A stretch of 64,000 bases of DNA from assembly GCA_963809485.1 (NCBI GenBank), contig CAWEJX010000006.1, positions 32,001 to 96,000 on the forward strand. The letters are read 5' to 3'. The position numbers were made by a program, and so were the translations under genes. The notes beneath the pieces were generated by a model that saw only the letters and a program-made list of their open reading frames with translations, did not search any database and was not told the origin of the DNA. Shown here piece by piece: positions 8,168 to 18,006 of this stretch; within the stretch, counting starts at the first letter, position 1, and each line of letters starts with the position of its first letter. The DNA comes from an uncultured Acidobacteriota bacterium. GTDB lineage: Bacteria > Acidobacteriota > UBA6911.

Positions 8168-10234
8168 ATGGGCCCAGTAGTGTTTTTATTTATCGGATTT
8201 CTGCTTCTTGTTGCAGGGGCTGTGCTGGCCATGGCGACCCATCGGTCGCGTTTGGTTTGCTCATGGCTTTCTTTTTCCTTCGTTTTGCCGGCGGCAGGGT
8301 GTTTTCTGTATCTGGCCATCCTGGTCTTCACCCATGGCCCGATTACGATGCCCGCGCCGTTGCTCGTCCTGCCTGGAATTGGAGCCGGTCTCACCATTGC
8401 TATTGATCCGCTCTCGGCTCTGCTGCTTCTAATCGTGGGCATAATTTCCACGTGCACGACCCTTTTCTCAGTCAAATACACACTGCGCTATCAGGGTGAA
8501 TCGCTGATTCGCTATTATCCTTTCCTTTTGCTGCTCTTTGCTTCTATCGTCGGCGTTGTTTGCACCCGCGACATGCTTTTCCTCATCGCCTTCTGGGAAA
8601 TAATGACCCTAACCTCTTACGCCTTGGTGGTGTTTGAGCGGGGCAACACGGTCGGCCTGAAAGCGGGATTCACGTATTTCCTGGCGACTCACATAGCTAC
8701 TGCCTGCCTGATCATTGCGGCGATTATGCTCTATATCAGAACACCGGCGCCGCACTCGTTCGCTTTCGAGAGTATCAGCGCATCGCTTGGAACAATGATG
8801 GCGGCTCATTCTGGCCTGGCCCATCTGGTTCTGGCTCTGTTTTTCATCGGTTTTGTCACCAAGGCGGGCGTTCTGCCTTTCGGCTTCTGGCTCCCGGACA
8901 CCTATCCCGCGGCGCCCAGCGGCGCCTCAGCGGCCTTTGCGGGAACCATGACCAAGCTGGGTGTCTATGGCGTGGTCCGTGTTTTCTGTGAGATTCTGCC
9001 CATATCCCATCATTCTTACGTATGGGGACAGGTCATTGCCGTTTTGGGCACTCTCTCCATTTTTGTCGGCACCCTGTCGGCCCTGGTTCAAGATGACTCG
9101 AAGAGACTCATGTCCTTCCATGTTATCGGGCAGATCGGATATATGCTTCTCGGAATCGGCCTGGGCGTATTTTTGCTGCCGGTGAATCCGCCTCTGGCCA
9201 CGATAGCGCTCGTCAGCGGCATCTTTCACCTGCTCAACCACACGATGTACAAGTCGTGCCTCTTCCTCAATGCCGGCTCGATTCTTTACCGGACGGGGAC
9301 TCGCGATTTGAACAAGGTCGGCGGGTTATTGAGAATAATGCCGTTCACGGGGGCTACCGCTATCATCGCGTCGTTATCGATTGCCGGCCTTCCGCCTTTC
9401 AGCGGCTTTTCCAGCAAACTGCTCATTTTTGAAGCCTCTATAATAAGCGGAGTAGGATCGCCCCTTTTTATTGTCCTCGGCCTGATTGCCATCTTTATTT
9501 CAGCGGTCACGCTGGCCTCTTTCCTGAAGTTCCTGAACACCGCTTTTTTGGGGAAACTTTACGCCGAGGGAGGGATAAATGATCTAAAGGATGTCCCTCT
9601 CTCAATGAAAATACCTCAGGGCGTGCTGGCTTTCCTGTGCATCTTTTTTGGTGTGGTGCCCCTGTTGCCCATCCGGATGATACACAGCGCGGTCAGCTCT
9701 ATACTGCCGGCAAATTACTCGCCGGCGGCGGGCTCTCTCTTTGGAACATCCATGCCCGGGTTTAGCCTGGATCTGGGGCAGGGAGTTTTTGGCACCTGGA
9801 ATCCCCTTTGGGCTTTGATTGCCATTACGATCCTTTTTGCTTTTGGGTTCCTGATATCCAGGGCCGGGGTAGCACGGAAAAGGGAGGCAGAGACGTGGTA
9901 CGGGGGCAGGGATCACGAGGTGGAACATGTCCGCTACCCGTCGCACAGCTTCTACATCCCTTTCAAACAGCTGTTTTCCTTTACTCTTGGGAATACCAGG
10001 TTTGAAGGGATGTACCCCAAGTCCCTCGAATTGCCCAAGTTGGCCGTGCCCGGTGGACTAAAAGCGGTGCTGGATATCGACCGCTGGCTCTACTATCCCT
10101 TTGTCAGCGGCTTTATGAGGCTGAGCCGGTGGTTCAGCCGAATCCATGTGGGAATACCGCAGGTCTATGTGTTATGGATCATCATGGGAGTAATCGCCTG
10201 TATCATCGTTCTTTTCCTGTTGCCGGCGAATTAA
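8168..10234 (+). CDS. hyfB: Hydrogenase-4 antiporter-like membrane subunit B (HycC/HyfB-like)
   Basis: 688 aa polytopic protein; KAGVLPFGFWLPDTYPAAPS, GLPPFSGFSSK, C-terminal amphipathic arm with HVGIPQVYV. Confidence 0.82.
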   Translation: MGPVVFLFIGFLLLVAGAVLAMATHRSRLVCSWLSFSFVLPAAGCFLYLAILVFTHGPITMPAPLLVLPGIGAGLTIAIDPLSALLLLIVGIISTCTTLFSVKYTLRYQGESLIRYYPFLLLLFASIVGVVCTRDMLFLIAFWEIMTLTSYALVVFERGNTVGLKAGFTYFLATHIATACLIIAAIMLYIRTPAPHSFAFESISASLGTMMAAHSGLAHLVLALFFIGFVTKAGVLPFGFWLPDTYPAAPSGASAAFAGTMTKLGVYGVVRVFCEILPISHHSYVWGQVIAVLGTLSIFVGTLSALVQDDSKRLMSFHVIGQIGYMLLGIGLGVFLLPVNPPLATIALVSGIFHLLNHTMYKSCLFLNAGSILYRTGTRDLNKVGGLLRIMPFTGATAIIASLSIAGLPPFSGFSSKLLIFEASIISGVGSPLFIVLGLIAIFISAVTLASFLKFLNTAFLGKLYAEGGINDLKDVPLSMKIPQGVLAFLCIFFGVVPLLPIRMIHSAVSSILPANYSPAAGSLFGTSMPGFSLDLGQGVFGTWNPLWALIAITILFAFGFLISRAGVARKREAETWYGGRDHEVEHVRYPSHSFYIPFKQLFSFTLGNTRFEGMYPKSLELPKLAVPGGLKAVLDIDRWLYYPFVSGFMRLSRWFSRIHVGIPQVYVLWIIMGVIACIIVLFLLPAN

Positions 10235-10238
10235 AGGA

Positions 10239-11147
10239 ATGAGATTTGTAATTGGCATCAGCATATTAAACCTGTTTGTCGCCCTGGGCCTTTCGCCGCT
10301 GTTTGAGGGCCTGGCCAGGAAACTCAAGGCCCTGGTGCATTCCCGCATCGGCCCGCCCGTAATCCAGCCCTACTACGACTTGCTGAAACTGGCAGGGAAA
10401 GAAGACCTCCAGCCGAAGGGCATGCCTTTCGCCCGGTTTCTTCCCGGGATTTGCTTTGTTACGGTGGCTGTGGCAGCCCTATTCGTACCGATGGGCACCG
10501 GCAGAGCTCCCCTGGGAACCGCCGGGGATTCCATGTTCTTTATCTACATCGTTACTTTGGTTGCCGTAAGCATGATCATGACCGCGGCGGCGTCGGAAAA
10601 TCCGTTCTCTTATATCGGCGCATCGAGGGAAGTGATGCTGCAACTGACGGTGGAGCCGGTGATGGTGATCGCCCTGGTCACGGCTGCCTTGAATGCCCGT
10701 TCCTTCGGTTTTGGTGATATGGTGGATTGGTATCACTTCAGCGGTCCCTCGATTTCAATGATCATCGCCACAATCTCCCTTTTCCTGGCGCTTCAGGCAC
10801 AGGTAGGCAAGCTGCCTTTTGACATGGCTGAAGCTGAAACTGAGATAGCGGGCGGATTATTTATCGAGCAAAGCGGTCCCAAATACGCGCTTCTGCGGTG
10901 GACGATGATGGCGAAGCAGGTCATCTTCGCCTCCCTTTTCGTGCAAGTTTTCATCCCCTGGCCGAGAACGGGGAATCTGGCTTGGGATGTCCCAATTCAC
11001 CTGGCCAAGGTTCTTGTGTTGGTGGCGATCATCAGTGTCATCGATACGGTCAATCCCCGGCTCAGGATTGACCAGGCAGTGAGATATTATCTGATATTGG
11101 TTTTCTTCTCACTGGCCGGTATTGCCTTTGCCGTTATCGGCGCCTAG
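10239..11147 (+). CDS. hyfC: NuoH-like membrane subunit (HycD/HyfC)
   Basis: SRIGPPVIQPYYDLLKL, IGASRE, KLPFDMAEAETEI. Confidence 0.88.
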   Translation: MRFVIGISILNLFVALGLSPLFEGLARKLKALVHSRIGPPVIQPYYDLLKLAGKEDLQPKGMPFARFLPGICFVTVAVAALFVPMGTGRAPLGTAGDSMFFIYIVTLVAVSMIMTAAASENPFSYIGASREVMLQLTVEPVMVIALVTAALNARSFGFGDMVDWYHFSGPSISMIIATISLFLALQAQVGKLPFDMAEAETEIAGGLFIEQSGPKYALLRWTMMAKQVIFASLFVQVFIPWPRTGNLAWDVPIHLAKVLVLVAIISVIDTVNPRLRIDQAVRYYLILVFFSLAGIAFAVIGA

Positions 11148-11167
11148 ATTGACAGAGGAGACCAAGG

Positions 11168-11848
11168 ATGGTTGAGAGCATTGCTCTGGGGGACTTCATT
11201 GTCACCCTGTATCTGATCCATTTTGGATTTTCGCTGCTTGCGGCCGAGCTGCGCAACCTGAAATGGTCTGTCGCTGCTATCGTGGTGCAATCCCTGACGT
11301 TATCCGGCATACTCATTACTTTCGCCAGCATTGGGTCCAACCCCTCATTGTACTGGTGGGGTTTTACTACACTGGGAACCAAGGTCTTCGCAATTCCCTA
11401 TTTGTTGTGGCTTTATATCCGTCGTTTGCCGACCGCCGAGACTCGTCCGTGGCTGGGAACAATTCCTTCTGTGGGAGTTATGCTGGTTCTTGTTGTTGTA
11501 TTCTACAACTTCCTGCATACCCATGTGGAATTTATCGCCCCCAGCCTGGAGGCAGCCCTTGAGCCGGCCAGGTCGAATCTGGCGCTTTCTTTAACAATTT
11601 GTGCCTTGGGATTGTGGGTGCTTCTGGTGCGGAGGGATGCTGTCAAAGCCGTCATCGGCCTGGTCTTGTTGGAAAACGGCGTTCACCTTGCGCTGGTGAC
11701 CCTGGCGCCTACCTTACCTGAGACCACGCTGATCGGCATCGTCACCAATGTCATCATTACCGTTTGGCTCCTTCTGTATCTTGCGGGCAGGATTTTCAAG
11801 GTTCTGGGGACGACCGACACCGCGGTGCTGTCCGAACTGAAGCATTAG
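11168..11848 (+). CDS. hyfE: Hydrogenase-4 membrane subunit E (NuoK-like C-terminus)
   Basis: TKVFAIPYLL, VIGLVLLENGVHL, TTDTAVLSELK. Confidence 0.85.
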   Translation: MVESIALGDFIVTLYLIHFGFSLLAAELRNLKWSVAAIVVQSLTLSGILITFASIGSNPSLYWWGFTTLGTKVFAIPYLLWLYIRRLPTAETRPWLGTIPSVGVMLVLVVVFYNFLHTHVEFIAPSLEAALEPARSNLALSLTICALGLWVLLVRRDAVKAVIGLVLLENGVHLALVTLAPTLPETTLIGIVTNVIITVWLLLYLAGRIFKVLGTTDTAVLSELKH

Positions 11849-11863
11849 CCGAAAAATGGAATA

Positions 11864-13375
11864 ATGGAAAGCTCAAGAGAAGTAACCTCTATATTGCCGG
11901 TTCTGGTATTTGCATTGCCCGCAGGCGTCGCCATCCTAATTTTCGCTCTCGGGCGGTTGCACGCCATCTTCCGTGAAGGCCTTGCCCTTTTAGGCCTGGC
12001 AGCCACATTTTTGGTCTCGCTGGCCATCTCAGGGCGGGTGCTGCACGGGGAACTCCTGATAGCCTGGGGACGCAATCTGTATGTCGACGGGTTGAGCGCT
12101 CTAATGGAGACGCTCGGCTCCGCTATGGCCATAATAATTGTCTTGTACTCTACCAGGTACTTGACACAGCACCAGATCGGCATGCCGCTGAATCCTTGGC
12201 GGCACACATATTTTTATGGGTTGCTGGTACTGTTTGTGGCTACTCTCAATTGGACTTGTGCCACCAACAGCCTTATCTGGATGTGGGTCTCGCTGGAAGC
12301 AACCACGCTCACATCGGCGCTTCTGGTGACCTTCTACTGGAAACGGGAATCCATGGAGGCAGGATACAAATACCTGCTTTTGATAAGCGTGGGAGTGACC
12401 CTGGCGCTGTTGGGCTGCGTCCTTATTTACGCGGCAGCCATTCCGCTTCTGCCGGGACCTCATGTGATGCTTCTCACTGAAATTGGCAGGATCGCCAAAA
12501 TGATGCCGGAAAGCGTTGTGCTGATAGCCTGCGCCATGTTTGTGGCGGGTTTCGGCACCAAGGCGGGACTTATCCCGTTTCATGCCTGGCTTCCCGACGC
12601 CCATTCCGAAGCGCCGGTTCCTGTCAGCGCGCTGCTCTCCGGCGTGGTGATCAAGATCGGGGCTTATGCCCTTGCGCGCACCGTTACCATTTTCGCTCCC
12701 CACTATGCCGCTGTGGTCCTCTTCGTCGCCATTCTGGCCTCGGTCAGTATGGTGATCGGCATCGTCATGGCGCTGGTTCAGGACGATCTCAAGAGGCTTT
12801 TAGCCTATTCCAGCATCAGCCAGATTGCCTATGTGATTGAGGGTCTGGGACTGGGCACCTACCTGGGAATCTATGGCGGGCTATTTCACATGGTCAATCA
12901 TGCCATCGTAAAGGCCTTGCTGTTCCTCTGCGCCGGAGCCTTGATGTACGCCGCCGGCACGAGGGAAATAAGCAAGCTGGGCGCGGTGGCAAAAAAAATG
13001 CCGGTGACCACGTTTTGCTTTTTCGTCGGCGCCCTTGCGATTGGGGGTATGCCGCCGTTCAACTGCTTTATGAGCAAGGTGACGATTTTCTTTGCACTGG
13101 CCGAGCGAGGAATACTCTGGGCTGCAATTATAGGAATAGCGACGGGAATACTCACCGTGGCCTGTTTTGCCTGGACTGCCTTCAGGATATTCTGGCAGAA
13201 GCCGACGGCGGAACCGAATCCTGACACAGAGGTGAAGCAAGTGCCGGTCCTCATGCAGGCCAGCATGCTGGTTTTGGCGTTTGCTTGTATTCTTTTAGGG
13301 ATCTATCCCCGAATGCTCTATCCCGTGTTGAACACCGCTACCGAAAGCATACTTAGAATTTTAGGGGCAGGGTAA
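11864..13375 (+). CDS. hyfF: Hydrogenase-4 antiporter-like membrane subunit F
   Basis: MWVSLEATTLTSALLV, EAGYKY, GFGTKAGLIPFHAWLPDAHSEAPVPVSALLSG. Confidence 0.87.
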   Translation: MESSREVTSILPVLVFALPAGVAILIFALGRLHAIFREGLALLGLAATFLVSLAISGRVLHGELLIAWGRNLYVDGLSALMETLGSAMAIIIVLYSTRYLTQHQIGMPLNPWRHTYFYGLLVLFVATLNWTCATNSLIWMWVSLEATTLTSALLVTFYWKRESMEAGYKYLLLISVGVTLALLGCVLIYAAAIPLLPGPHVMLLTEIGRIAKMMPESVVLIACAMFVAGFGTKAGLIPFHAWLPDAHSEAPVPVSALLSGVVIKIGAYALARTVTIFAPHYAAVVLFVAILASVSMVIGIVMALVQDDLKRLLAYSSISQIAYVIEGLGLGTYLGIYGGLFHMVNHAIVKALLFLCAGALMYAAGTREISKLGAVAKKMPVTTFCFFVGALAIGGMPPFNCFMSKVTIFFALAERGILWAAIIGIATGILTVACFAWTAFRIFWQKPTAEPNPDTEVKQVPVLMQASMLVLAFACILLGIYPRMLYPVLNTATESILRILGAG

Positions 13376-13381
13376 ACAGTT

Positions 13382-14254
13382 ATGCTGAAAAAACCCCCCA
13401 TTGCATTTGCCATCGTCAGCCTGCTCGCATTGCTGTCAGGTTGTATCGCGCCTGCCCCGCCGAAACCCGGCAAAAAGCTGGTTACGATCTGCGTCCAGCC
13501 AATATATTCTCTGCATGTAATGACACAGAAGTACTCGCCCCTTTTTCGATATCTTGCCGATGAAACAGGGTATGACATAAGGGTTGTCTCGGCGATGAGC
13601 TATGATAGTTATCTGCCCACACTGGAGAGCAACCAGGTCCATCTGGGGATTCAGAATCCGCTGGCCTATATCACATTGGTCAAGACCAGGGGCGCGCATC
13701 CCCTGGCAAAGATGGTTGAATTGAATGGGAGTACCTTATATCGCGGTATAATCATTGCACGTAAAGACAGCGGCATACAAAAAATAGAGGATTTGAGGGG
13801 CCAGACAGCCGCCGCCTCCTCCCGCAGGGCGATCGGGGGATTCTTTGCTCAGGCCTATCACTGCAGGCAGCATGGCCTGGATGTCAACAAAGATCTTCGA
13901 CTCTTCCTGGTGGACACTCAGGATGCTGTTGTCAATGCCGTCTATCAAGGAAAAGTGAAGGTGGGTTTTGTGAGGGAGGACGCTTTGCCGCCTGCAAAAG
14001 AAGGAACAGACTTAAAGGCGATTACGGTTATCGCCCATACGGACTATTATCCGACATGGTGCGTAGCAGCTTTCGCCGAAACACCCCCGGAGGTTGAGCG
14101 AGAGATAACCAAGGCGCTTTTGAATCTCGACCCGGGAAATCCGGGACACCGCGGCGTATTGGCATCGATCGGGATCGCCGGGTTTCAGGAGGCATCGGAC
14201 CTCGATTACGACATACTACGAAAAGCCATGGACGGTTTGAGTCTTCCGTACTAG
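13382..14254 (+). CDS. PhnD/PtxB-family (phosphate/phosphite/phosphonate-type) substrate-binding lipoprotein with no cognate permease or ATPase in the window
   Basis: Lipobox LLSGC; PLFRYLADETG, YRGIIIARKDSGIQKIEDLRG, QDAVVNAVYQG. Confidence 0.8.
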   Translation: MLKKPPIAFAIVSLLALLSGCIAPAPPKPGKKLVTICVQPIYSLHVMTQKYSPLFRYLADETGYDIRVVSAMSYDSYLPTLESNQVHLGIQNPLAYITLVKTRGAHPLAKMVELNGSTLYRGIIIARKDSGIQKIEDLRGQTAAASSRRAIGGFFAQAYHCRQHGLDVNKDLRLFLVDTQDAVVNAVYQGKVKVGFVREDALPPAKEGTDLKAITVIAHTDYYPTWCVAAFAETPPEVEREITKALLNLDPGNPGHRGVLASIGIAGFQEASDLDYDILRKAMDGLSLPY

Positions 14255-14267
14255 GGAAGGTTGCGGC

Positions 14268-14768
14268 ATGCTGAAATCTCTGATCCAAAAGATAACAGGA
14301 AAGGCTTTCACGAAGGCACTCTGGGTTTACCATGTCAACACAGGGGCCTGCAACGGATGTGATATTGAGGTCATTGATGTCTTGACTCCTTATTACGATG
14401 CGGAACGGTTTGGGATCAAGCTGGTAGGTTCGCCCCGGCAGGCCGATGTCCTTCTCGTTTCCGGACCGGTGACTCGACAGATAGCCTCAGGCCTCCTCAA
14501 AGTATATGAGGCTACGCCCGAACCCAAGCTGGTCTTTGCCATCGGCTCCTGCGCAATCGACGGGAATATTTTTCATGACAGCTATAACGTAATCGGCGGC
14601 GTGGACAAGGTAATTCCCGTGCATTTATACATCCCCGGTTGTCCCCCACGACCGGAGGCTATCCTTTATGGCGTGGCCCAGGCCCTGGGCCTGGTGCCCA
14701 AGAAGGTTAAAGCAGTCCGGTTGACGCAGGAAGGCGATGGGGCGCCCGCCAACTTGCCCCCGAAATGA
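14268..14768 (+). CDS. hycG: Hydrogenase small subunit (HycG/HyfI/NuoB-like)
   Basis: NTGACNGCDIE, SPRQADVLLVSGPVT, GSCA, IPGCPPRP. Confidence 0.92.
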   Translation: MLKSLIQKITGKAFTKALWVYHVNTGACNGCDIEVIDVLTPYYDAERFGIKLVGSPRQADVLLVSGPVTRQIASGLLKVYEATPEPKLVFAIGSCAIDGNIFHDSYNVIGGVDKVIPVHLYIPGCPPRPEAILYGVAQALGLVPKKVKAVRLTQEGDGAPANLPPK

Positions 14769-15250
14769 AGACACTGGAGTCGCTGTTTCGGAAAATGGGC
14801 CCCAAGTTTGTGCTGCTGGGCGTGGGGAATCCCTTACGCGGAGATGACGGCGCGGGACCGGAATTATTGCGACGCCTCAGGAACAAAACGAGCGCCATCC
14901 TGCTTGATTGCGAAGAAGTTCCCGAAAACTATCTTGGTGAGATCGCGGCAATTCAGCCTGAAACCGTTGTTGTCATTGACGCCGTGAATCTCGGAACCGG
15001 AGCCGGTGCGGTAGCGCTATTGGAAGAAGACAACTTCCAGTCCATCGGCTGGTCGACACACCATGGTTCCCTGAGAGCGCTGGTCCAATATATTAAGGCG
15101 ACCACACAGGCTGAGGTTTTCGTTCTGGGAATCCAGCCGAAGTCGACAGAACTGGGCGGCGAGCTAAGTCCCGAGGTCACACAGACGATTGACCTATTGC
15201 AGGAGATCATCACAACGCATTCTGTTTCAGGTGAACCGCCCCGTCTCTAG
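14765..15250 (+). CDS. hycI: Hydrogenase maturation endopeptidase
   Basis: GVGNPLRGDDGAG, EVPEN, IDA, STH motifs; ATGA overlap with the upstream gene. Confidence 0.9.
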   Translation: MKTLESLFRKMGPKFVLLGVGNPLRGDDGAGPELLRRLRNKTSAILLDCEEVPENYLGEIAAIQPETVVVIDAVNLGTGAGAVALLEEDNFQSIGWSTHHGSLRALVQYIKATTQAEVFVLGIQPKSTELGGELSPEVTQTIDLLQEIITTHSVSGEPPRL

Positions 15251-15409
15251 CCAATGTTTGCCAGGGTAGGGCCGCAATCTATTGAAAACAAGGGGGCGGG
15301 TTTTTGCCGGTGTTCCCTGTGCGGTTTTTTTACGGCTTTGACAAGCGTTGCCAATCGCCAATACAGATGGCGGCGATGGCATTGATTCCCGGACCCTATG
15401 GGTACTGCA

Positions 15410-16840
15410 TCATTGTTCCGCTGCACGGGCGATGCCGCGCAACATTCCGGAAAACACAAACTGATGAGCCAGGTAAAGGGAATACCAATATAGAAGCCCC
15501 CATAAACCTATGGGATCGAAGATGGCGGTTTGCCGGATAACGGAGCCGCCCGCATCCTCCGTTACTTCGAATTCCAGCCATGCGCGGCCGGGCAGTTTCA
15601 TTTCCGCCGTCAGAAGCAGCCTGCGTTCCGGCTCAAACGCTTGCACGCGCCAGAAGTCGAGAGAATCACCGATTTTCAAATGAATCCTGTCGCGCCGTCC
15701 GCGGCGCATCCCTGCCCCTCCCGCAAGCAAATCGATCCAGCCGCGAAGATTCCACAGCCAGTTGCCATAATACCAGCCTGTCGAGCCGCCAATCCGCTGA
15801 ATAGGCATGAAGGCGACTCGAGGGGGGACGGAGACATGGACCGTTCGCGAATCTATCAGTCGGTTGCCGAAACGCACACCTCCCCAGCGGGAAACAACTC
15901 CGGCGGACGAAAGCGCGTCCGCCCAATGGGTTTCGGAATACTCATGGTCTTCATTGCGCAGCGCGCGCGCAATGGCTTCTTCCACGCCCGTCGGCCTGAT
16001 GGAGAATGCGCGCATTGCGGCATCATCCTGCACAATCGTGGTATGACGAATGCTGTCGATTAGCTTGCGGCCGACACGGGCATATAAAGGCGTAACCAGA
16101 CCCAGCCACAGGCTTGACAGGCGGGGCGTTAAAACCGGAACCGGTATCATGAAACGGCGAAGGCCGCGCTGGCGCGCGTATTCGCGCATCAAACCGCCAT
16201 AGGACACCCGGTCCGGTCCCCCGATCTCGAAAATTGCAGATACCTGGACGGGCAAATCCAGGGCGCAGCGCAAATACTGAATCACATCATCAACCGCAAT
16301 GGGTTGGGCGAGCGCTTTGGCCCAGCGCGGTGTAATCATAATCGGGAGCCGTTCGACCAGAGCCCGAATCATTTCAAACGAAAGGCTGCCGGACCCCAGG
16401 ATAATCGAGGCCCGAAACTCGATGACCGGCACTCCCGACCGGCGCAGGATGGCGCCAACCTCCTGGCGGCTTCGCAAGTGAGGAGAGAGCCTGAGGTCGT
16501 TCCCCAAACCTCCGAGGTAGATGATTCTTTCAATCCCCGCAGCCCGCGCAGCGCCGGCGAAATTTTCGGCTGCTTTGCGGTCCATTTCCTCAAATCCGTG
16601 GGCCGTCCCCATGGAGTGAACAAGATAATAAGCCGTGCGGACCCCTGCCATCGCGCTTTTGAGGGAGTCTGGATTCAAAAGGTCGCCGGCAAAAACCTCA
16701 GTTCGGGTTCCGGCATGATCCCGCAGCATTTCAGGTCGCCGGACAATACATCGCACGGGATGCTGTTCGGCCTCAAACCGTTTCAGAAGACGGCCGCCGA
16801 TATAGCCCGTGGCGCCCGTCAGGAGAATCAGGGATTCCAT
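15410..16840 (-). CDS. NAD(P)-binding SDR-like oxidoreductase with DUF2867 domain (YbjT-like)
   Basis: LLTGATGYIGG, YYLVHSM, AEMKLPGRAWLEF, GLLYWY. Confidence 0.85.
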   Translation of the reverse strand: MESLILLTGATGYIGGRLLKRFEAEQHPVRCIVRRPEMLRDHAGTRTEVFAGDLLNPDSLKSAMAGVRTAYYLVHSMGTAHGFEEMDRKAAENFAGAARAAGIERIIYLGGLGNDLRLSPHLRSRQEVGAILRRSGVPVIEFRASIILGSGSLSFEMIRALVERLPIMITPRWAKALAQPIAVDDVIQYLRCALDLPVQVSAIFEIGGPDRVSYGGLMREYARQRGLRRFMIPVPVLTPRLSSLWLGLVTPLYARVGRKLIDSIRHTTIVQDDAAMRAFSIRPTGVEEAIARALRNEDHEYSETHWADALSSAGVVSRWGGVRFGNRLIDSRTVHVSVPPRVAFMPIQRIGGSTGWYYGNWLWNLRGWIDLLAGGAGMRRGRRDRIHLKIGDSLDFWRVQAFEPERRLLLTAEMKLPGRAWLEFEVTEDAGGSVIRQTAIFDPIGLWGLLYWYSLYLAHQFVFSGMLRGIARAAEQ

Positions 16841-16871
16841 TATCCGTTCCTCTCATCCTGTTCAATCTCCG

Positions 16872-16940
16872 GTTTCCATTGGCACCAAACTCAGCCTATA
16901 TGGAATCCTCGAGCGCATTGGCGCCGGCGGAATGGGGATG
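16872..16940 (+). pseudogene. N-terminal remnant of a Ser/Thr protein kinase gene
   Basis: Translates VSIGTKLSLYGILERIGAGGMG (kinase Gly-rich loop) and stops at the adjacent repeat element; no start codon. Confidence 0.55.
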
Positions 16941-16947
16941 TCGGCCA

Positions 16948-17187
16948 ATTACATTGGTAAACTCCCGGCTCTGCCGGGGGACTCAAAGAGTTTGACAGCT
17001 CCGTATTTTGAAACGCTGAGAAACGCTGATAAAAGCGCTGACAAACACCGATTTGTTCGGCGGGGATCGGAAGCGCCTCATCAGCTTTTGCCCGCGTAAG
17101 TCAGCCTTCAAGTCCGGCGTAACTCCTCCAACCGCTTTGAGCGGTTCAAATCTTTCCAGCCTCCGGCTTTGCCGGAGGTACCTGACT
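16948..17187 (+). mobile_element. Non-autonomous IS200/IS605-like palindrome-ended element, copy 1
   Basis: Left hairpin CCCGGC-TCT-GCCGGG, right hairpin CCTCCGGC-TTT-GCCGGAGG; shares internal sequence with four other copies in the window. Confidence 0.75.
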
Positions 17188-17221
17188 CGTCAGCAATTCT
17201 TCCAGCCTGGGCCGGAGAGGT

Positions 17222-17416
17222 TCACTTTCGCCCTTTTTTAAGGATTTGAAGAATTTCCGTCTCGCCGAGACCCTGGCTGCGCAAAGCCGCAATCCTTAGT
17301 TTGCGTGCTTCCATGCTCAGCGAGAAGGCTGCCATCATTTTCTGGCCAGGGGACAATGTGTTTCGCGCCAGCCGCCGCTTTATTTTCGCTTCCAGCAGCA
17401 GTTGAGATCTGCCCAT
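17222..17416 (-). CDS. Small basic hypothetical protein (64 aa), resembles the small partners of nucleotidyltransferase-type gene pairs
   Basis: MGRSQLLLEAKIKRRL...LSPGQKMMAAFSLS...AALRSQGLGETEI; GGAGAGG upstream. Confidence 0.45.
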   Translation of the reverse strand: MGRSQLLLEAKIKRRLARNTLSPGQKMMAAFSLSMEARKLRIAALRSQGLGETEILQILKKGRK

Positions 17417-17602
17417 CGGATGGAATCCTCTCCCGATATAAATAGCAGGAATTGCGCAGCCTGTCTCTATATTTGTTACAGGCCAATACGACTGACATAG
17501 GGCTGCTTCATAGCCATTAAATTGATAGTAGTTCGCTTTTTCCGAAGGGGGCAGGAAAGAGCTTGTCGGACAACTCCCGGAATTCTCCTGCACTGCATGT
17601 AA

Positions 17603-17715
17603 TATTTGAAACGCTGAGATACGCGTAAGTCAGCGTTCAAGACCAGCGTAACTCCTCCAACCGCTTTGAGTGGTTCCCATCTTTCAAGCCCCCGGCTTTG
17701 CCGGAGGTGCCTGAC
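17603..17715 (+). mobile_element. Same element, copy 2 (left end missing, internally deleted)
   Basis: TTTGAAACGCTGAGATACGC joined directly to GTAAGTCAGCGTTCAAGACC..., ending in the right-end hairpin. Confidence 0.7.
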
Positions 17716-18006
17716 ATCTGTCTCTGATAAATCGGAGAAAAGTCTGCCCTATAAAAGGGCATGGAGTAAAATACATGAGCTGGCGGCGTGGCATGGCGCG
17801 TTGGATGGCCGTTCTCCCCATAAAGATTTCTCCTCGTGCAAATGCCGCGAGGAGGCCAGAAATATCGCCCGATCTCTGCCGTCGGGCATAGGCCGAACTA
17901 TTGCGGATAGAGATTGTGACGAGGCAACAGAAGTGTCCGAACGGTTGACTCATTGAAAAGCTGATGCCTGAAGCAGTGATGAAACCTGCATAGAACGGGA
18001 AAAAAC

